From a virus (taxonomy: Duplodnaviria > Caudoviricetes): 57,365 bases of DNA. The stretch is from the IMG/VR virus record IMGVR_UViG_3300030001_000013, positions 1 through 57,365 of that record. One strand, 5' to 3'. The notes beneath the pieces are model-generated. The model saw only the letters and a program-made list of their open reading frames with translations. It did not search any database and was not told the DNA's origin. Each line of letters starts with the position of its first letter. The stretch's first letter is position 1. Positions 1 to 9,178 of this stretch are shown here, one piece after another. A program made the translations under genes and the position numbers.

Positions 1-43
1 AAATCTTTTGTTATTTCCGGCGAATGAATCAACTGCTTTCATT

Positions 44-394
44 TTATTCACCGCCCTTTGATATTTCATATTCTAAAATACCATCAAAATCAATTATTTT
101 TTTATCTTTTAAACCATTAAGCATATCAATTGTCCATTTTACCATTTTAGGTGTCTTAAATGATAATTTATCCATAAGACTATCAAAATCATGATCTTGT
201 ATTGACATTCCCTGATATACTCCGCAAATATCACCTTTACAGATATATAAAATATATTTACCTCTAAATGTTTGCGGTATAACTATTTTATACCATTGAA
301 CTTTACCTTCGCCCCATTCCGATGGTGCTTTTTCAAATCCATGTTCTAATATTTCAGGTTTTACATTTTTAATTACAATATTAAATTTACTCAT
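44..394 (-). CDS. hypothetical phage protein
   Basis: 116-aa ORF with RBS, in the early operon. Confidence 0.6.
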   Translation of the reverse strand: MSKFNIVIKNVKPEILEHGFEKAPSEWGEGKVQWYKIVIPQTFRGKYILYICKGDICGVYQGMSIQDHDFDSLMDKLSFKTPKMVKWTIDMLNGLKDKKIIDFDGILEYEISKGGE

Positions 395-409
395 GTTTTC
401 GTTTTCCTT

Positions 410-859
410 TCAATCTTTAATCACTGCTGTTGTTATGTATCGACCTTTTTTAATCGCTGTCCTTCGATCATTGACAAAAATATCAACCTTATTCCCTGAT
501 ATTGAACCGCCCCGATCTTGGACAACATATTCATTACCTTCGATCACAACAACTGTTCCAAATGGAATGCTTTCATCCATTGCAATAGTTCTTCCCTCAA
601 TTGCTCTTTTGCCACTTGCAGTAATTCCTTTACCATTCATTGTATCATCTGATGCTGTATAGAATGATACGTTTACGATAATTTCCCTCTGTTTGCGTTC
701 CTGCACTTGCTTTCGCTGTTGTTCTAATGAATCATAGAACTGTTTAAATTGATCTCTTACATTGAAAATGTCGCATTCCTGATATGACCATGACCACGCG
801 ACATTATTTAAACTGATTAAGATTGCGGTTATTAAAACCGCTTTTTTCCCAACACTCAC
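410..859 (-). CDS. 3D (Asp-Asp-Asp) domain protein, secreted cell-wall-active/lytic-transglycosylase-like
   Basis: N-terminal signal-like segment; motifs GITASG, RTIAMD, VVQDRGG, KVDIFV typical of 3D domains. Confidence 0.85.
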   Translation of the reverse strand: MSVGKKAVLITAILISLNNVAWSWSYQECDIFNVRDQFKQFYDSLEQQRKQVQERKQREIIVNVSFYTASDDTMNGKGITASGKRAIEGRTIAMDESIPFGTVVVIEGNEYVVQDRGGSISGNKVDIFVNDRRTAIKKGRYITTAVIKD

Positions 860-863
860 AAAT

Positions 864-1427
864 TCAACTCCCTATTTTCTTGACGTTACTTTCAAATAAT
901 TTCTTCATATCTCCATTCACACTGATCAATACTTTTACATTAATGCTATCGCTATTTTTCCTATTGATCAAATTTTCATAATGCTTTATGAAATGTGCCT
1001 GCTGTACGCTGATCTTTTCAGAACAACACATATTACGAAACCCAACTAATTTTACCGCTTCTGCGATCTCCGGCGTTGAAAATTCTAGCCGTCTACCAAC
1101 TGACCAACTTTTCATTTTGTCTTGAACTTCTCGCCATGCTTCTTCAATTGTTTTTACTTCTGACCCAATCGCTGTACCCATTACGCTTTTTGCTTCTTCA
1201 CGTATCTTTGCAATACTTGGAAAGAAATCTTTACATACATTCATACACTTAAAAACTGCCGCATTTAATTCTGTTGCGCTCAAATCACTTAATGCGATTG
1301 AATATGTGATTATTGTTTGTTTTGTTACCTTTGAATTAGGAAATGCATAAATTAACGGTCTCAATATCTTGCATATCTGCTGTTGCTTGATTGGTAAATC
1401 GTTGATTGCTAAATCGTCAATATCCAT
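864..1427 (-). CDS. replicative helicase loader/inhibitor-like protein (G39P / lambda P-like position)
   Basis: AFP...LSDL...FFPSIAKIRE and EEAWREV motifs; directly downstream of the replication-organiser-like gene. Confidence 0.65.
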   Translation of the reverse strand: MDIDDLAINDLPIKQQQICKILRPLIYAFPNSKVTKQTIITYSIALSDLSATELNAAVFKCMNVCKDFFPSIAKIREEAKSVMGTAIGSEVKTIEEAWREVQDKMKSWSVGRRLEFSTPEIAEAVKLVGFRNMCCSEKISVQQAHFIKHYENLINRKNSDSINVKVLISVNGDMKKLFESNVKKIGS

Positions 1428-1876
1428 TATTTACGCCCCTTGTAAAAATCATCAATATTGTTTTTCTTTGTCGATACTGCTTTACACTCAATTTGATTGA
1501 GATAGCTTTCAAAATGATCTGCCGCGAATAATGTTTCCGGTCGCAAATATTTAGCCTGATCTGTTCCTAACCACTCTTTGGCTTTTTTATCAATTACAAT
1601 TTTGAAATCCTCTTCTGTATGACCTTCTTGCCATCGTGCAGATATCTTGCTTTTTGTGCTCTTAATCTCTCTGTATTTAGTCCCTACGACTTGATTAAGG
1701 TATCCGATTATACTTGTATATGGTATTGCATTTTCTCGCTCTGACAGCTTTCTGATATCTGTTATAGCTAACATATAACCAACTTTGCATGATTCACTGA
1801 TTGAATTATTCTTTTCTAATTCATCTAGCCGCTTCAGTAAGAACTTTGCGGCTTTTTCTAATTCTGTCATAGGCAT
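1427..1876 (-). CDS. replication protein with conserved phage C-terminal domain (Phg_2220_C-like)
   Basis: IIGYLNQVVG..Y, RWQEG.TEEDFKIVID, KYLRPETLF...FESYLNQ. Confidence 0.8.
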   Translation of the reverse strand: MPMTELEKAAKFLLKRLDELEKNNSISESCKVGYMLAITDIRKLSERENAIPYTSIIGYLNQVVGTKYREIKSTKSKISARWQEGHTEEDFKIVIDKKAKEWLGTDQAKYLRPETLFAADHFESYLNQIECKAVSTKKNNIDDFYKGRK

Positions 1877-1907
1877 GCTCTCCTTTTCTCCATAACCTTT
1901 AGAGCGT

Positions 1908-1957
1908 TTGGCACTCTATAGAGCCTACCAACGCTTGATAAGCTCTAACAATGTCAA
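1908..1957 (-). repeat. hairpin repeat copy A (TTGACATT...AGTGCCAA family)
   Basis: Minus strand TTGACATTGTTAGAGCTTATCAAGCGTTGGTAGGCTCTATAGAGTGCCAA; five other copies found by eye. Confidence 0.9.
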
Positions 1958-2115
1958 TCATCAATAATTATTGATGTATAAGTCATTTTTGATAACATTC
2001 TTACTTTGTGACACTTTTTGCATTTGAATTTTACATTTTTACCTTTTGGTGAGAAATGTTCTTCGATCTCTGGAGAATTGCATTCAGGACATTCTAATCT
2101 ATAACCTGTTTTCAT
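1954..2115 (-). CDS. small zinc-ribbon protein (53 aa), not in ORF track
   Basis: Manual translation MKTGYRLECPECNSPEIEEHFSPKGKNVKFKCKKCHKVRMLSKMTYTSIIIDD; RBS AAGGGAG; stop TGA lies inside repeat A. Confidence 0.8.
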   Translation of the reverse strand: MKTGYRLECPECNSPEIEEHFSPKGKNVKFKCKKCHKVRMLSKMTYTSIIIDD

Positions 2116-2165
2116 TTTAATCGTCTCCCTTATATGTTCTAATCGAACCCCTTTTCTATAGTCTT

Positions 2166-2194
2166 ATTATAACTCTCTGCTATATTAATGTAAA
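2166..2194 (-). promoter_or_regulatory. sigma70-type promoter with putative operator (repeated)
   Basis: TTTACA-17-TATAAT; contains TATAACTCTCTGCTATA (plus strand). Confidence 0.8.
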
Positions 2195-2212
2195 GAATTA
2201 TATTACAAATAA

Positions 2213-2482
2213 TTATAAAATAAATAACATTGCAAGCCATGTGATAAATGCAATAATTAATGAAATTTGTCCAATCCCCGGAATCGCCCCGATTAATGCC
2301 GCTTGCCACCATAAAACAACGGTTGTTCTTCCAAAATACGTCAGCCATGTATTTAAAGAATAATGCCAAAATAAAGCATCAACAGCAATAACAATTCCAT
2401 AAATTATAACCGGAATTATGCAACCTTGACCATATATAAATAAACCGAATACTGTTTTTATTACGTTTTTAAATTTTTTCAT
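2213..2482 (-). CDS. small membrane protein
   Basis: 89 aa, mostly hydrophobic helices. Confidence 0.65.
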   Translation of the reverse strand: MKKFKNVIKTVFGLFIYGQGCIIPVIIYGIVIAVDALFWHYSLNTWLTYFGRTTVVLWWQAALIGAIPGIGQISLIIAFITWLAMLFIL

Positions 2483-2534
2483 CCCATTAACTCCCTTATA
2501 ATTTTATAAGAGGAGCAATTAAGCCCCTCCCTGA

Positions 2535-3272
2535 TTAATAAATTACGCCTGTTACGATTAAGAACCCATCTAATCCGGCTTTGATTGTTTCAATTTCGTG
2601 CTTTACTGCTTCTCGCAAATATCGATCATACTTAGGACAACTTAACTTGAATACTAACTTGTCATCCTGGCTTTTCGGTGCTACAATTTCTAATTCAATT
2701 TCAACTTCTTGAAAAAAGCCGCTTTCATTAAAAATTTCAATGTTTGGCAATATCACTTTTGGTAATGAAGTTGTTCCTTCGACTGAACCATTTTGGGTGG
2801 CAACCTTAACTGCAAAAGTATGATTGTTGTCATCATCAAACGACGATTCAAAATCAATGGTTGTATTTCCTTTAAATGTTTGCAGGTTCACAAGCAGACT
2901 TTCCAAACAACCTAATTCATCCTCTTCGCGGCGTTGAAAGAAATTTACGATTTCTTTTTGATAAAATGATGCACCATTTGAAGTTAAAATATTTCCCCAT
3001 TCTTCAACCTGCTGTGACAATTCATAAGCATATGTCACATGATCTTGATTTCTTTCGATAACCTGATCATTTAAGATAGCACATACTCTTTTTTCTGTAT
3101 ATGCAACTACTGCATTTTCTTTTACAGCCTTTGACTGTAACAACGCAATGAATGCCTGTGATGATTTTGCTTCGTATTTAAATCCTCTGTATTGGTAAAT
3201 CTCCGGCGCATCACCTTCGCGTACAATTACTTCTTTTGCTCCATCAACCATTTTTAATTCGATTTTTTCCAT
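2535..3272 (-). CDS. conserved phage protein (YfdQ/DUF2303-like)
   Basis: EV++REG motif and C-terminal pattern; paired with the upstream 112-aa gene; start moved to MEKIE. Confidence 0.5.
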   Translation of the reverse strand: MEKIELKMVDGAKEVIVREGDAPEIYQYRGFKYEAKSSQAFIALLQSKAVKENAVVAYTEKRVCAILNDQVIERNQDHVTYAYELSQQVEEWGNILTSNGASFYQKEIVNFFQRREEDELGCLESLLVNLQTFKGNTTIDFESSFDDDNNHTFAVKVATQNGSVEGTTSLPKVILPNIEIFNESGFFQEVEIELEIVAPKSQDDKLVFKLSCPKYDRYLREAVKHEIETIKAGLDGFLIVTGVIY

Positions 3273-3273
3273 A

Positions 3274-3612
3274 TTATTTAACTCCTCCATCTTCTGTTCC
3301 TGTCAATTTTGCTGGTACTGCCTGAAATAAATCAACCGCTTTTAATGCTTCGCGCGGTTTTTCTGTTTTCAATTTCATATCACCTGTTAATGTACAAAGA
3401 CCTTTGCGCTTGCTGACCGGAAATTTAGGTGTTACACTGCATTCAGCAACAACCATCGTATCCATATCCTCTGGCCTTGATAATGCGATTGTAATGCTAA
3501 TGCCGCCCTTTTGACCTTTTTGAATTGCTGACATTAATACTGGAATAATCGAATCAAACTTCTTGGCAACCTCGCCGCCACAAATGTTTTGCAATGTTAA
3601 TTCTTCTTCCAT
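3274..3612 (-). CDS. conserved phage protein (YfdP-like partner)
   Basis: LQNICGGEV..KFD and ISITI.L motifs; synteny. Confidence 0.45.
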   Translation of the reverse strand: MEEELTLQNICGGEVAKKFDSIIPVLMSAIQKGQKGGISITIALSRPEDMDTMVVAECSVTPKFPVSKRKGLCTLTGDMKLKTEKPREALKAVDLFQAVPAKLTGTEDGGVK

Positions 3613-3664
3613 ATCTTTTCCCCTTTATATTTATTTCGCACACGTTTCATGCGCAAACTCTCCG

Positions 3665-4366
3665 TTATCCTGCCACAACAACCTCAACGCCTGTTGCTCT
3701 CTGAATCTTGTCTTTGATCATTACTTCATCACTATTGCCATTGCTTAGATGCAATAAATAAATCCGTTCTGTTTTACTTAAATCATTTGCTTTGAAAAAT
3801 TTTATTGCATGTTCTAATGAAAAATGGCTTTCAACAATTCTATTTCGCAAGCCGCTATTCAAATTCCCATGCCCCATATTATCGTCAAGAATTTCCTTGA
3901 TATAATTTACCTCTGTGCAAAAATAATTGATACCTGCGAATTTATATTTACAATATGGCGTATCTACTAGATAAACGCCTTTTTTGTTTGTTGCACTACT
4001 TGCAAACATGTATCCGTAATTTGTTACATCATGGACTAAATCAAATGGCATTACGTTGAATGTTCCTATTTGATAATGCTTTTTAGGTTCAACGATCTTT
4101 ACCCTATGACCGGATACTTTCAATGCTTCTGCTGTATCCTGTGACATATAGCAATCAACGCCGCGTTTGATTAAATCCTTTATTGCCTTAGAATGATCAC
4201 CATGTGAGTGGGTAAGCAACACGCCGCCTAATCTGCTGAAATCAAAATCAATTTCGATCTGAATGTTTTTGAAGCTAATACCTGCATCCAATAATAAAAC
4301 CGTTTTCCCATCATCTACTATGCCGCAATTACCTGTACTGCCACTTGCAACAAACCGAATGTTCAT
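3665..4366 (-). CDS. metallo-beta-lactamase-fold hydrolase (YycJ-like nuclease)
   Basis: ASGSTGN, LLDAG, THSHGDH, HD, LLHLS motifs; next to RecT. Confidence 0.9.
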   Translation of the reverse strand: MNIRFVASGSTGNCGIVDDGKTVLLLDAGISFKNIQIEIDFDFSRLGGVLLTHSHGDHSKAIKDLIKRGVDCYMSQDTAEALKVSGHRVKIVEPKKHYQIGTFNVMPFDLVHDVTNYGYMFASSATNKKGVYLVDTPYCKYKFAGINYFCTEVNYIKEILDDNMGHGNLNSGLRNRIVESHFSLEHAIKFFKANDLSKTERIYLLHLSNGNSDEVMIKDKIQRATGVEVVVAG

Positions 4367-4587
4367 ATTTCATTCATCAACTTTTGTATGTCATCCCTAT
4401 TTTGAACTACAGCTTCTTTTATCTTTTCAAATATTTCAGGAGAATTATTCTTGTCAAATGATAATGACTGTGAATTTCCACTAGTACCTATATAAAACGA
4501 TCTATATTCTTCCAAATCTTTAATTTTTTTATTTACCTTTTCGAGATTTGATTTTAACAGATAATATTTTTCTACACGTTCATTCAT
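4363..4587 (-). CDS. hypothetical protein
   Basis: 74-aa ORF overlapping the next start. Confidence 0.55.
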   Translation of the reverse strand: MNERVEKYYLLKSNLEKVNKKIKDLEEYRSFYIGTSGNSQSLSFDKNNSPEIFEKIKEAVVQNRDDIQKLMNEI

Positions 4588-4602
4588 GTATTCATATGTT
4601 TT

Positions 4603-4971
4603 TCATCCATTTGCAATACCCGCCATTTCTAGCAACGTAACATTTTCATCAAATGTGCCTGAAATAGCCATTCCCCCGCCGTCTACATCTACTATATGCG
4701 GTTTTCCATTTCGATTCACAATACCTGTAATAGCTTTTTTTCTTAAATAAAAATTGATTCCTGCATCATCTGTCATTTTAATAAACTTACTAGGATCAAG
4801 CATTTTCCCTAATTCGTCTACTTGTTTATGTTCTGGAAAGAATTCTCTTGTTTCAGAACCAACTAAACCGATGGTAACATCTTTCTGAGCATTTAAAAAC
4901 AGCACTTTAATTTCATCCTGAGCTAATGCAACTTTTCCGTTTTCATCTTCGAAAATTAATAACTTACTCAC
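4603..4971 (-). CDS. hypothetical protein
   Basis: GTG start with AAGGGAG RBS; follows repeat B. Confidence 0.65.
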   Translation of the reverse strand: MSKLLIFEDENGKVALAQDEIKVLFLNAQKDVTIGLVGSETREFFPEHKQVDELGKMLDPSKFIKMTDDAGINFYLRKKAITGIVNRNGKPHIVDVDGGGMAISGTFDENVTLLEMAGIANG

Positions 4972-5010
4972 GTTTACCGTCTCCCTTTATATATTTTTTG
5001 TAGAATGCGT

Positions 5011-5060
5011 TTGGCATTCCATAGAGCCTACCAACGCTTGATAAGCCCTAGCAATGTCAA
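5011..5060 (-). repeat. hairpin repeat copy B
   Basis: Near-identical to copy A (plus ttggcattccatagagcctaccaacgcttgataagccctagcaatgtcaa). Confidence 0.9.
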
Positions 5061-5100
5061 CCTATTGCCGTTACATCTTAACCACCTTCTAACTTCTCTT

Positions 5101-5129
5101 ATTATAACTCTGTGCTATATAATTGTAAA
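5101..5129 (-). promoter_or_regulatory. sigma70-type promoter with putative operator (repeated)
   Basis: TTTACA-17-TATAAT; TATAACTCTGTGCTATA. Confidence 0.8.
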
Positions 5130-5159
5130 GCTTTTTATTACTAATATCTATATTTTATA

Positions 5160-6161
5160 TTAAAATGGGTCTGGTTCTTCTTCACTAATCAATGTTTGTT
5201 CCTGCACCTGCGATTTTTTAGTAGATGTTTTTGTTTCTTTCTTTGTTTCTGGCTTGCTTGCTTTCTTTTCTTCAACCTTTTGTTCCTGAATTGGCTTTTC
5301 TTCTGCCACATTCGCTTCCTGTGCTTCGATTACTTCGCCGCCCTTGTCATTATCTTCATCCATATCTAAAACCTCGCTATTGGCATTCTGAATGATCTCA
5401 GCTTCAATCACTTCATCTGTGATGTTTTTTTCAGAACGATTCAATGATTCAGCAATTAAATAACTATCATTTGAACCATTAATCAGGGGCTTGCATGTTC
5501 TATTAATGACTGTCTTTTTTGCCATTTCTTCGGAAAATTTACCATGGACAGAACCGGGCTTAACATTTCCATGGTCATCAATAGGTAACATTTTCGATTG
5601 TTTCCATGCTTGTTTTATCTGCTCAAATGTCATTATCTGTGTGACATTTCGTTTTTCATCAGGAAATTCGACTACGCAATAAGCCGCTTTGATCTTTGTA
5701 TTATCAATACTATCTAACGTCTGCTCATGCTTTGTAATAATTTTCTTGCCATGTTCAATTTTGTATTCAAATATATCACCTTCATAAACAACTTCGGCAT
5801 AAGCTTCACTAGCTCCCGCCATTGTCTTTACTAAGTGGATTGTTCCAAAATAGCTACGCTGAAAGGTTAGTGTGCCGCCATATACAATGAAATACCCTTG
5901 CTTTTTTACTGGATTCAATCCTTGTGTGATTACATCTAGCAACGCCAACATTACAGAATCTCGTGAACATACTTCCAACGCTGGTTTCCCTACCTTATCC
6001 GTAACACCTTGCAACATTAACCATGAAGCAGTTAAAACATTTGCCGGAATATATTCTTTCGGAAATACCAATTCCTTACTTGCTACATATTCGCTTACCT
6101 TATGCTGTACCGTCTGAATGATCTTTTCCTGCTGAACCGCTTTATCTTTATCAACTGCCAT
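5160..6161 (-). CDS. recT: RecT-family single-strand annealing recombinase
   Basis: GLNPVKKQGYFIVYG, RSYFG, VVYEGD.FEY, EMAKKTVINR; acidic/Lys-rich tail. Confidence 0.9.
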   Translation of the reverse strand: MAVDKDKAVQQEKIIQTVQHKVSEYVASKELVFPKEYIPANVLTASWLMLQGVTDKVGKPALEVCSRDSVMLALLDVITQGLNPVKKQGYFIVYGGTLTFQRSYFGTIHLVKTMAGASEAYAEVVYEGDIFEYKIEHGKKIITKHEQTLDSIDNTKIKAAYCVVEFPDEKRNVTQIMTFEQIKQAWKQSKMLPIDDHGNVKPGSVHGKFSEEMAKKTVINRTCKPLINGSNDSYLIAESLNRSEKNITDEVIEAEIIQNANSEVLDMDEDNDKGGEVIEAQEANVAEEKPIQEQKVEEKKASKPETKKETKTSTKKSQVQEQTLISEEEPDPF

Positions 6162-6162
6162 T

Positions 6163-6447
6163 TTATTTTTCCACCTTTTCGTCTAAATTTAAATTGATTA
6201 ACAATTCCTTTAGCTGTTCCACTTTTTCAATAACTTCCTGCAAAGAAGATGACATTTTTAATTCTTCATTGCATAATCTATCTAAAGCAATAATGATTGT
6301 AGGATAATAGCCGATTGAAGTCCATACGCCATCCGGTTTTAATTCTGTTTTCACTAGCTTTTGTAAAGCCCATTGACAGCGATCACTTGCTAATCTCCAT
6401 TTTTCATTAATACTGCATACTTTCGTATATCCACCCTCTGCCATCAT
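6163..6447 (-). CDS. hypothetical protein (possibly DUF5405-like)
   Basis: W.L.SD..QW.L and W..IGYY motifs. Confidence 0.5.
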   Translation of the reverse strand: MMAEGGYTKVCSINEKWRLASDRCQWALQKLVKTELKPDGVWTSIGYYPTIIIALDRLCNEELKMSSSLQEVIEKVEQLKELLINLNLDEKVEK

Positions 6448-8402
6448 TCAGCCACCACCCTAATTACTTCGTCTGCTTCGGATACATAGAGAGCGCATAA
6501 TTGAGATTCGATAATAGGTAAGACAACAATGCTTTCCGCATTATCTACAAATGTAGGCAAATAAATTCCGTAATGCTGTGCCAACGTGTCGCAAATATCT
6601 AAACCTATAATTATCCTGCTAGAACTATTTAAATCGTTCCACGTGACACCATTGAACATTGTCTTGCAACAATCCGCAATAGAACCGTTTACCTGCGTTT
6701 CAAACAATTTGAATCTGGCAAATTTGAATTTGCTATTAATGTTCTGTTCAATCATATTTACCTTGAATTTTGTGAACTCTTCGACTAGATATGTTTGTTT
6801 TTCTAAACTGCTATACTCAGCCGACAATTTACGTTCTTGCTCTTTTAACTGATCAATACGAACTTTCATTGCTTCGTTCTGCTGAATGGCGGCAATATGT
6901 TTGCGTAAACCTTCAATTTCGGATTCAAATTTCTGTGCCAATTCTATTTTTTGTACGATCACATCATTTTTTGACTGCTGAATGTCAACGATCTCAATTT
7001 CAACCTTTTTCTTTTCATCGTTCAATAAATTTTGCTTTTCCGAGTTATCAGGAACAATTATAGCCAATATTTCTGTTTTGATGTTATCAATTAATTGCTG
7101 TGAGCTATTTTTTTGAGCAGAAAGGTTTTCTTCTTCGGACTTTATTTGTTCCACCTTGGATTGTTTTTCTTCTATTTCTGCTTTCATTCCTGTTCCTGTT
7201 GTCATAATGCTTTCAATCGTATCAGATTTTAATTTGTTAAAATCTTCTAACGCTTTTACCCGTGCCGCTTCTAATTTTTCCTCTTGCAATCCCTGTCCGC
7301 ATGTAGGACACACACATTCTGCATTATGAACAAATTCCTTTTTCTTGACTTCTTTCAACTGCGCCAATAATTCGGATTTTTTTGTTTTCTTGATTGCAAT
7401 ATCGCTTTCTATCTGCGATATATTACGCCGCCCTGTCAATATTTTGTTTTCAATATCAGACAGCTTTACAGATTCTTGATTTAATTGATTTTGTTTGACC
7501 TGTTTTGCTTCTTGTTCTGCCTTAATGTGTTCATTTTGTAGCTTCATGATCTCGTTGTCGATCTCTGCTAACCGGACACGTTTTGCCGCAACTGCGCTAT
7601 CATTTCGAATATCGCTTACTTGTTTTTCAACTGCCGACTTATTAGATTTTAATTCGTCAATTTTGATCTGAATTGATTCTTGCGAAACTGCATCAACTCC
7701 CGCTGTTGCCTCTAACGTTCTGCTTGCTTCATCAATTCTTGTCGGTATTGCTGTCAATTCCTGATTTACTTCTTTTTTCTTTGCCGCAACAATAGCCTTT
7801 AAATCTTCAATACTTTTCTTGCCTAATATTTCTAGCAGACCGGATAAACTTTTATTACCTGCAATTACATCTTTATCCGTTATATCACCGCAAACCGACA
7901 GCAATAATTCCCTGCGTTTTTTCCAACCAAAAGCTTTTTCATCGTTAAAGAATAATGGATTTGTTAATAATTTAAATTGATCTGCACTTGCCAAGCCTTC
8001 GGTAAATATGTCATACGCTTTCTTTTGGGTAGGTACTTCGTTAATATAATAATTCGTTGTGTGACCGGACAATACGGCTTCTTCTGACCCTTTATGCTTT
8101 GTCCAATCTTCCATGTATGCTCGTCTTAAAATCAATTCTTCGCCATCTTCTAATAATGTGCATTCAACTTCATGATGTAAACCGTGAATAGGATTATTAT
8201 TAGAATCCAATGTCTTAATGTCGAAATCTGCTTTACCTTCTGAATCCTTACCGCTAAATAACCACGAAAACGCATCAACAATTGTCGTTTTACCTTTTCC
8301 GTTTGTTGCAAAAATATCTGTTCGATCTTTCCCGAACTCAACAACTAAATCCTTAATACCTTTGAAATTCTGCAATCTCATTCTCTTTAAAATTAATCTC
8401 AT
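6444..8402 (-). CDS. SbcC/Rad50-like AAA ATPase with coiled coil and zinc hook
   Basis: LQNFKG, NGKGKTT Walker A, CPTCGQ hook, PTFVDNAES Walker B. Confidence 0.9.
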   Translation of the reverse strand: MRLILKRMRLQNFKGIKDLVVEFGKDRTDIFATNGKGKTTIVDAFSWLFSGKDSEGKADFDIKTLDSNNNPIHGLHHEVECTLLEDGEELILRRAYMEDWTKHKGSEEAVLSGHTTNYYINEVPTQKKAYDIFTEGLASADQFKLLTNPLFFNDEKAFGWKKRRELLLSVCGDITDKDVIAGNKSLSGLLEILGKKSIEDLKAIVAAKKKEVNQELTAIPTRIDEASRTLEATAGVDAVSQESIQIKIDELKSNKSAVEKQVSDIRNDSAVAAKRVRLAEIDNEIMKLQNEHIKAEQEAKQVKQNQLNQESVKLSDIENKILTGRRNISQIESDIAIKKTKKSELLAQLKEVKKKEFVHNAECVCPTCGQGLQEEKLEAARVKALEDFNKLKSDTIESIMTTGTGMKAEIEEKQSKVEQIKSEEENLSAQKNSSQQLIDNIKTEILAIIVPDNSEKQNLLNDEKKKVEIEIVDIQQSKNDVIVQKIELAQKFESEIEGLRKHIAAIQQNEAMKVRIDQLKEQERKLSAEYSSLEKQTYLVEEFTKFKVNMIEQNINSKFKFARFKLFETQVNGSIADCCKTMFNGVTWNDLNSSSRIIIGLDICDTLAQHYGIYLPTFVDNAESIVVLPIIESQLCALYVSEADEVIRVVAE

Positions 8403-8415
8403 GTTTTTCGCTCCC

Positions 8416-8640
8416 CTATGCTCTTCGTTCTTCTAAATAAGAAATGAAGGCTATTTTCTTTATTCTTACTGCTCTACCAACTCTTACGATTGGGCAATCC
8501 GGCTCCAATATAATATCACGAATTGTTCTTTCAGATAACTGTGTCAACTCTGTTGCTTGACCTACCGTTATTAAGCTTTCATCATTATTTTCAAGCCTTA
8601 CAAGAATCTTTTCCAGAACTTCCTTGATCTGCTCTTCCAT
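8416..8640 (-). CDS. excisionase-like HTH protein
   Basis: LITVGQATELTQLSERTI...VRVGRAVRI pattern. Confidence 0.8.
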   Translation of the reverse strand: MEEQIKEVLEKILVRLENNDESLITVGQATELTQLSERTIRDIILEPDCPIVRVGRAVRIKKIAFISYLEERRA

Positions 8641-8986
8641 CTTCCATCCCTCGCAAAGGTTCGTCTATAATAAATCTTTCAATTGGAAACCCTGATAACT
8701 GTGAAAGCTTTAACGCCTGTTCTGCTGTCGGCTTTCTTTTAAAACCGTCTTGGCCTGTTTCCCATTGACAAACAACTACCTGAGAAATTCCTAATTCTAT
8801 CGCAAGTTCAGATTGTTTCATATCTAATTTTTCTCTCAATTCATAAACTGCTTTTGCAATTGTATTCGTAAAATCTTCATCCTTTTTGTTGAAACGTCTG
8901 CGCCGTTTGCACTGATTTTTCAATTTCTGAATGTCGCCGTTGCATTCATCATGGAACTGACATTTTTTATTGTAGCAATAAATCAT
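8591..8986 (-). CDS. Cro-like XRE HTH regulator with Cys-rich N-terminus
   Basis: LREKLDMKQSELAIELGISQVVVCQWETG; divergent from the repressor. Confidence 0.8.
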   Translation of the reverse strand: MIYCYNKKCQFHDECNGDIQKLKNQCKRRRRFNKKDEDFTNTIAKAVYELREKLDMKQSELAIELGISQVVVCQWETGQDGFKRKPTAEQALKLSQLSGFPIERFIIDEPLRGMEDGRADQGSSGKDSCKA

Positions 8987-9019
8987 ACTGTATTCACCGC
9001 CTTTCCTTAACCTGTTCTT

Positions 9020-9048
9020 ATTATAACTCTCTGCTATAAATAAGTAAA
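9020..9048 (-). promoter_or_regulatory. lytic early promoter with putative operator
   Basis: TTTACT-17-TATAAT; TATAACTCTCTGCTATA. Confidence 0.75.
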
Positions 9049-9116
9049 GACTTTTATTGCTATAAATATTAATTTGTTACTTTTTAGCCTTTATTATAAT
9101 TATTGATTATATCTTA

Positions 9117-9145
9117 TTGTATTTACAATAAATGTGAGCTATAAT
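9117..9145 (+). promoter_or_regulatory. repressor promoter
   Basis: TTGTAT-17-TATAAT upstream of the repressor. Confidence 0.65.
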
Positions 9146-9178
9146 TTAAGGTAGAATCTTTAGGGGGTTATAAATCAA

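Noticed and set aside
1908-1957. TTGACA in the hairpin repeat as a -35 box
   Set aside because: No -10-like hexamer at the expected spacing in the copies examined (A, C); the downstream sequence varies while preserving pairing.
5011-5060. Hairpin repeats as ordinary intrinsic terminators
   Set aside because: On the sense strand they are followed by A-rich sequence, not a U tract, and they precede co-oriented genes that lack their own promoter.
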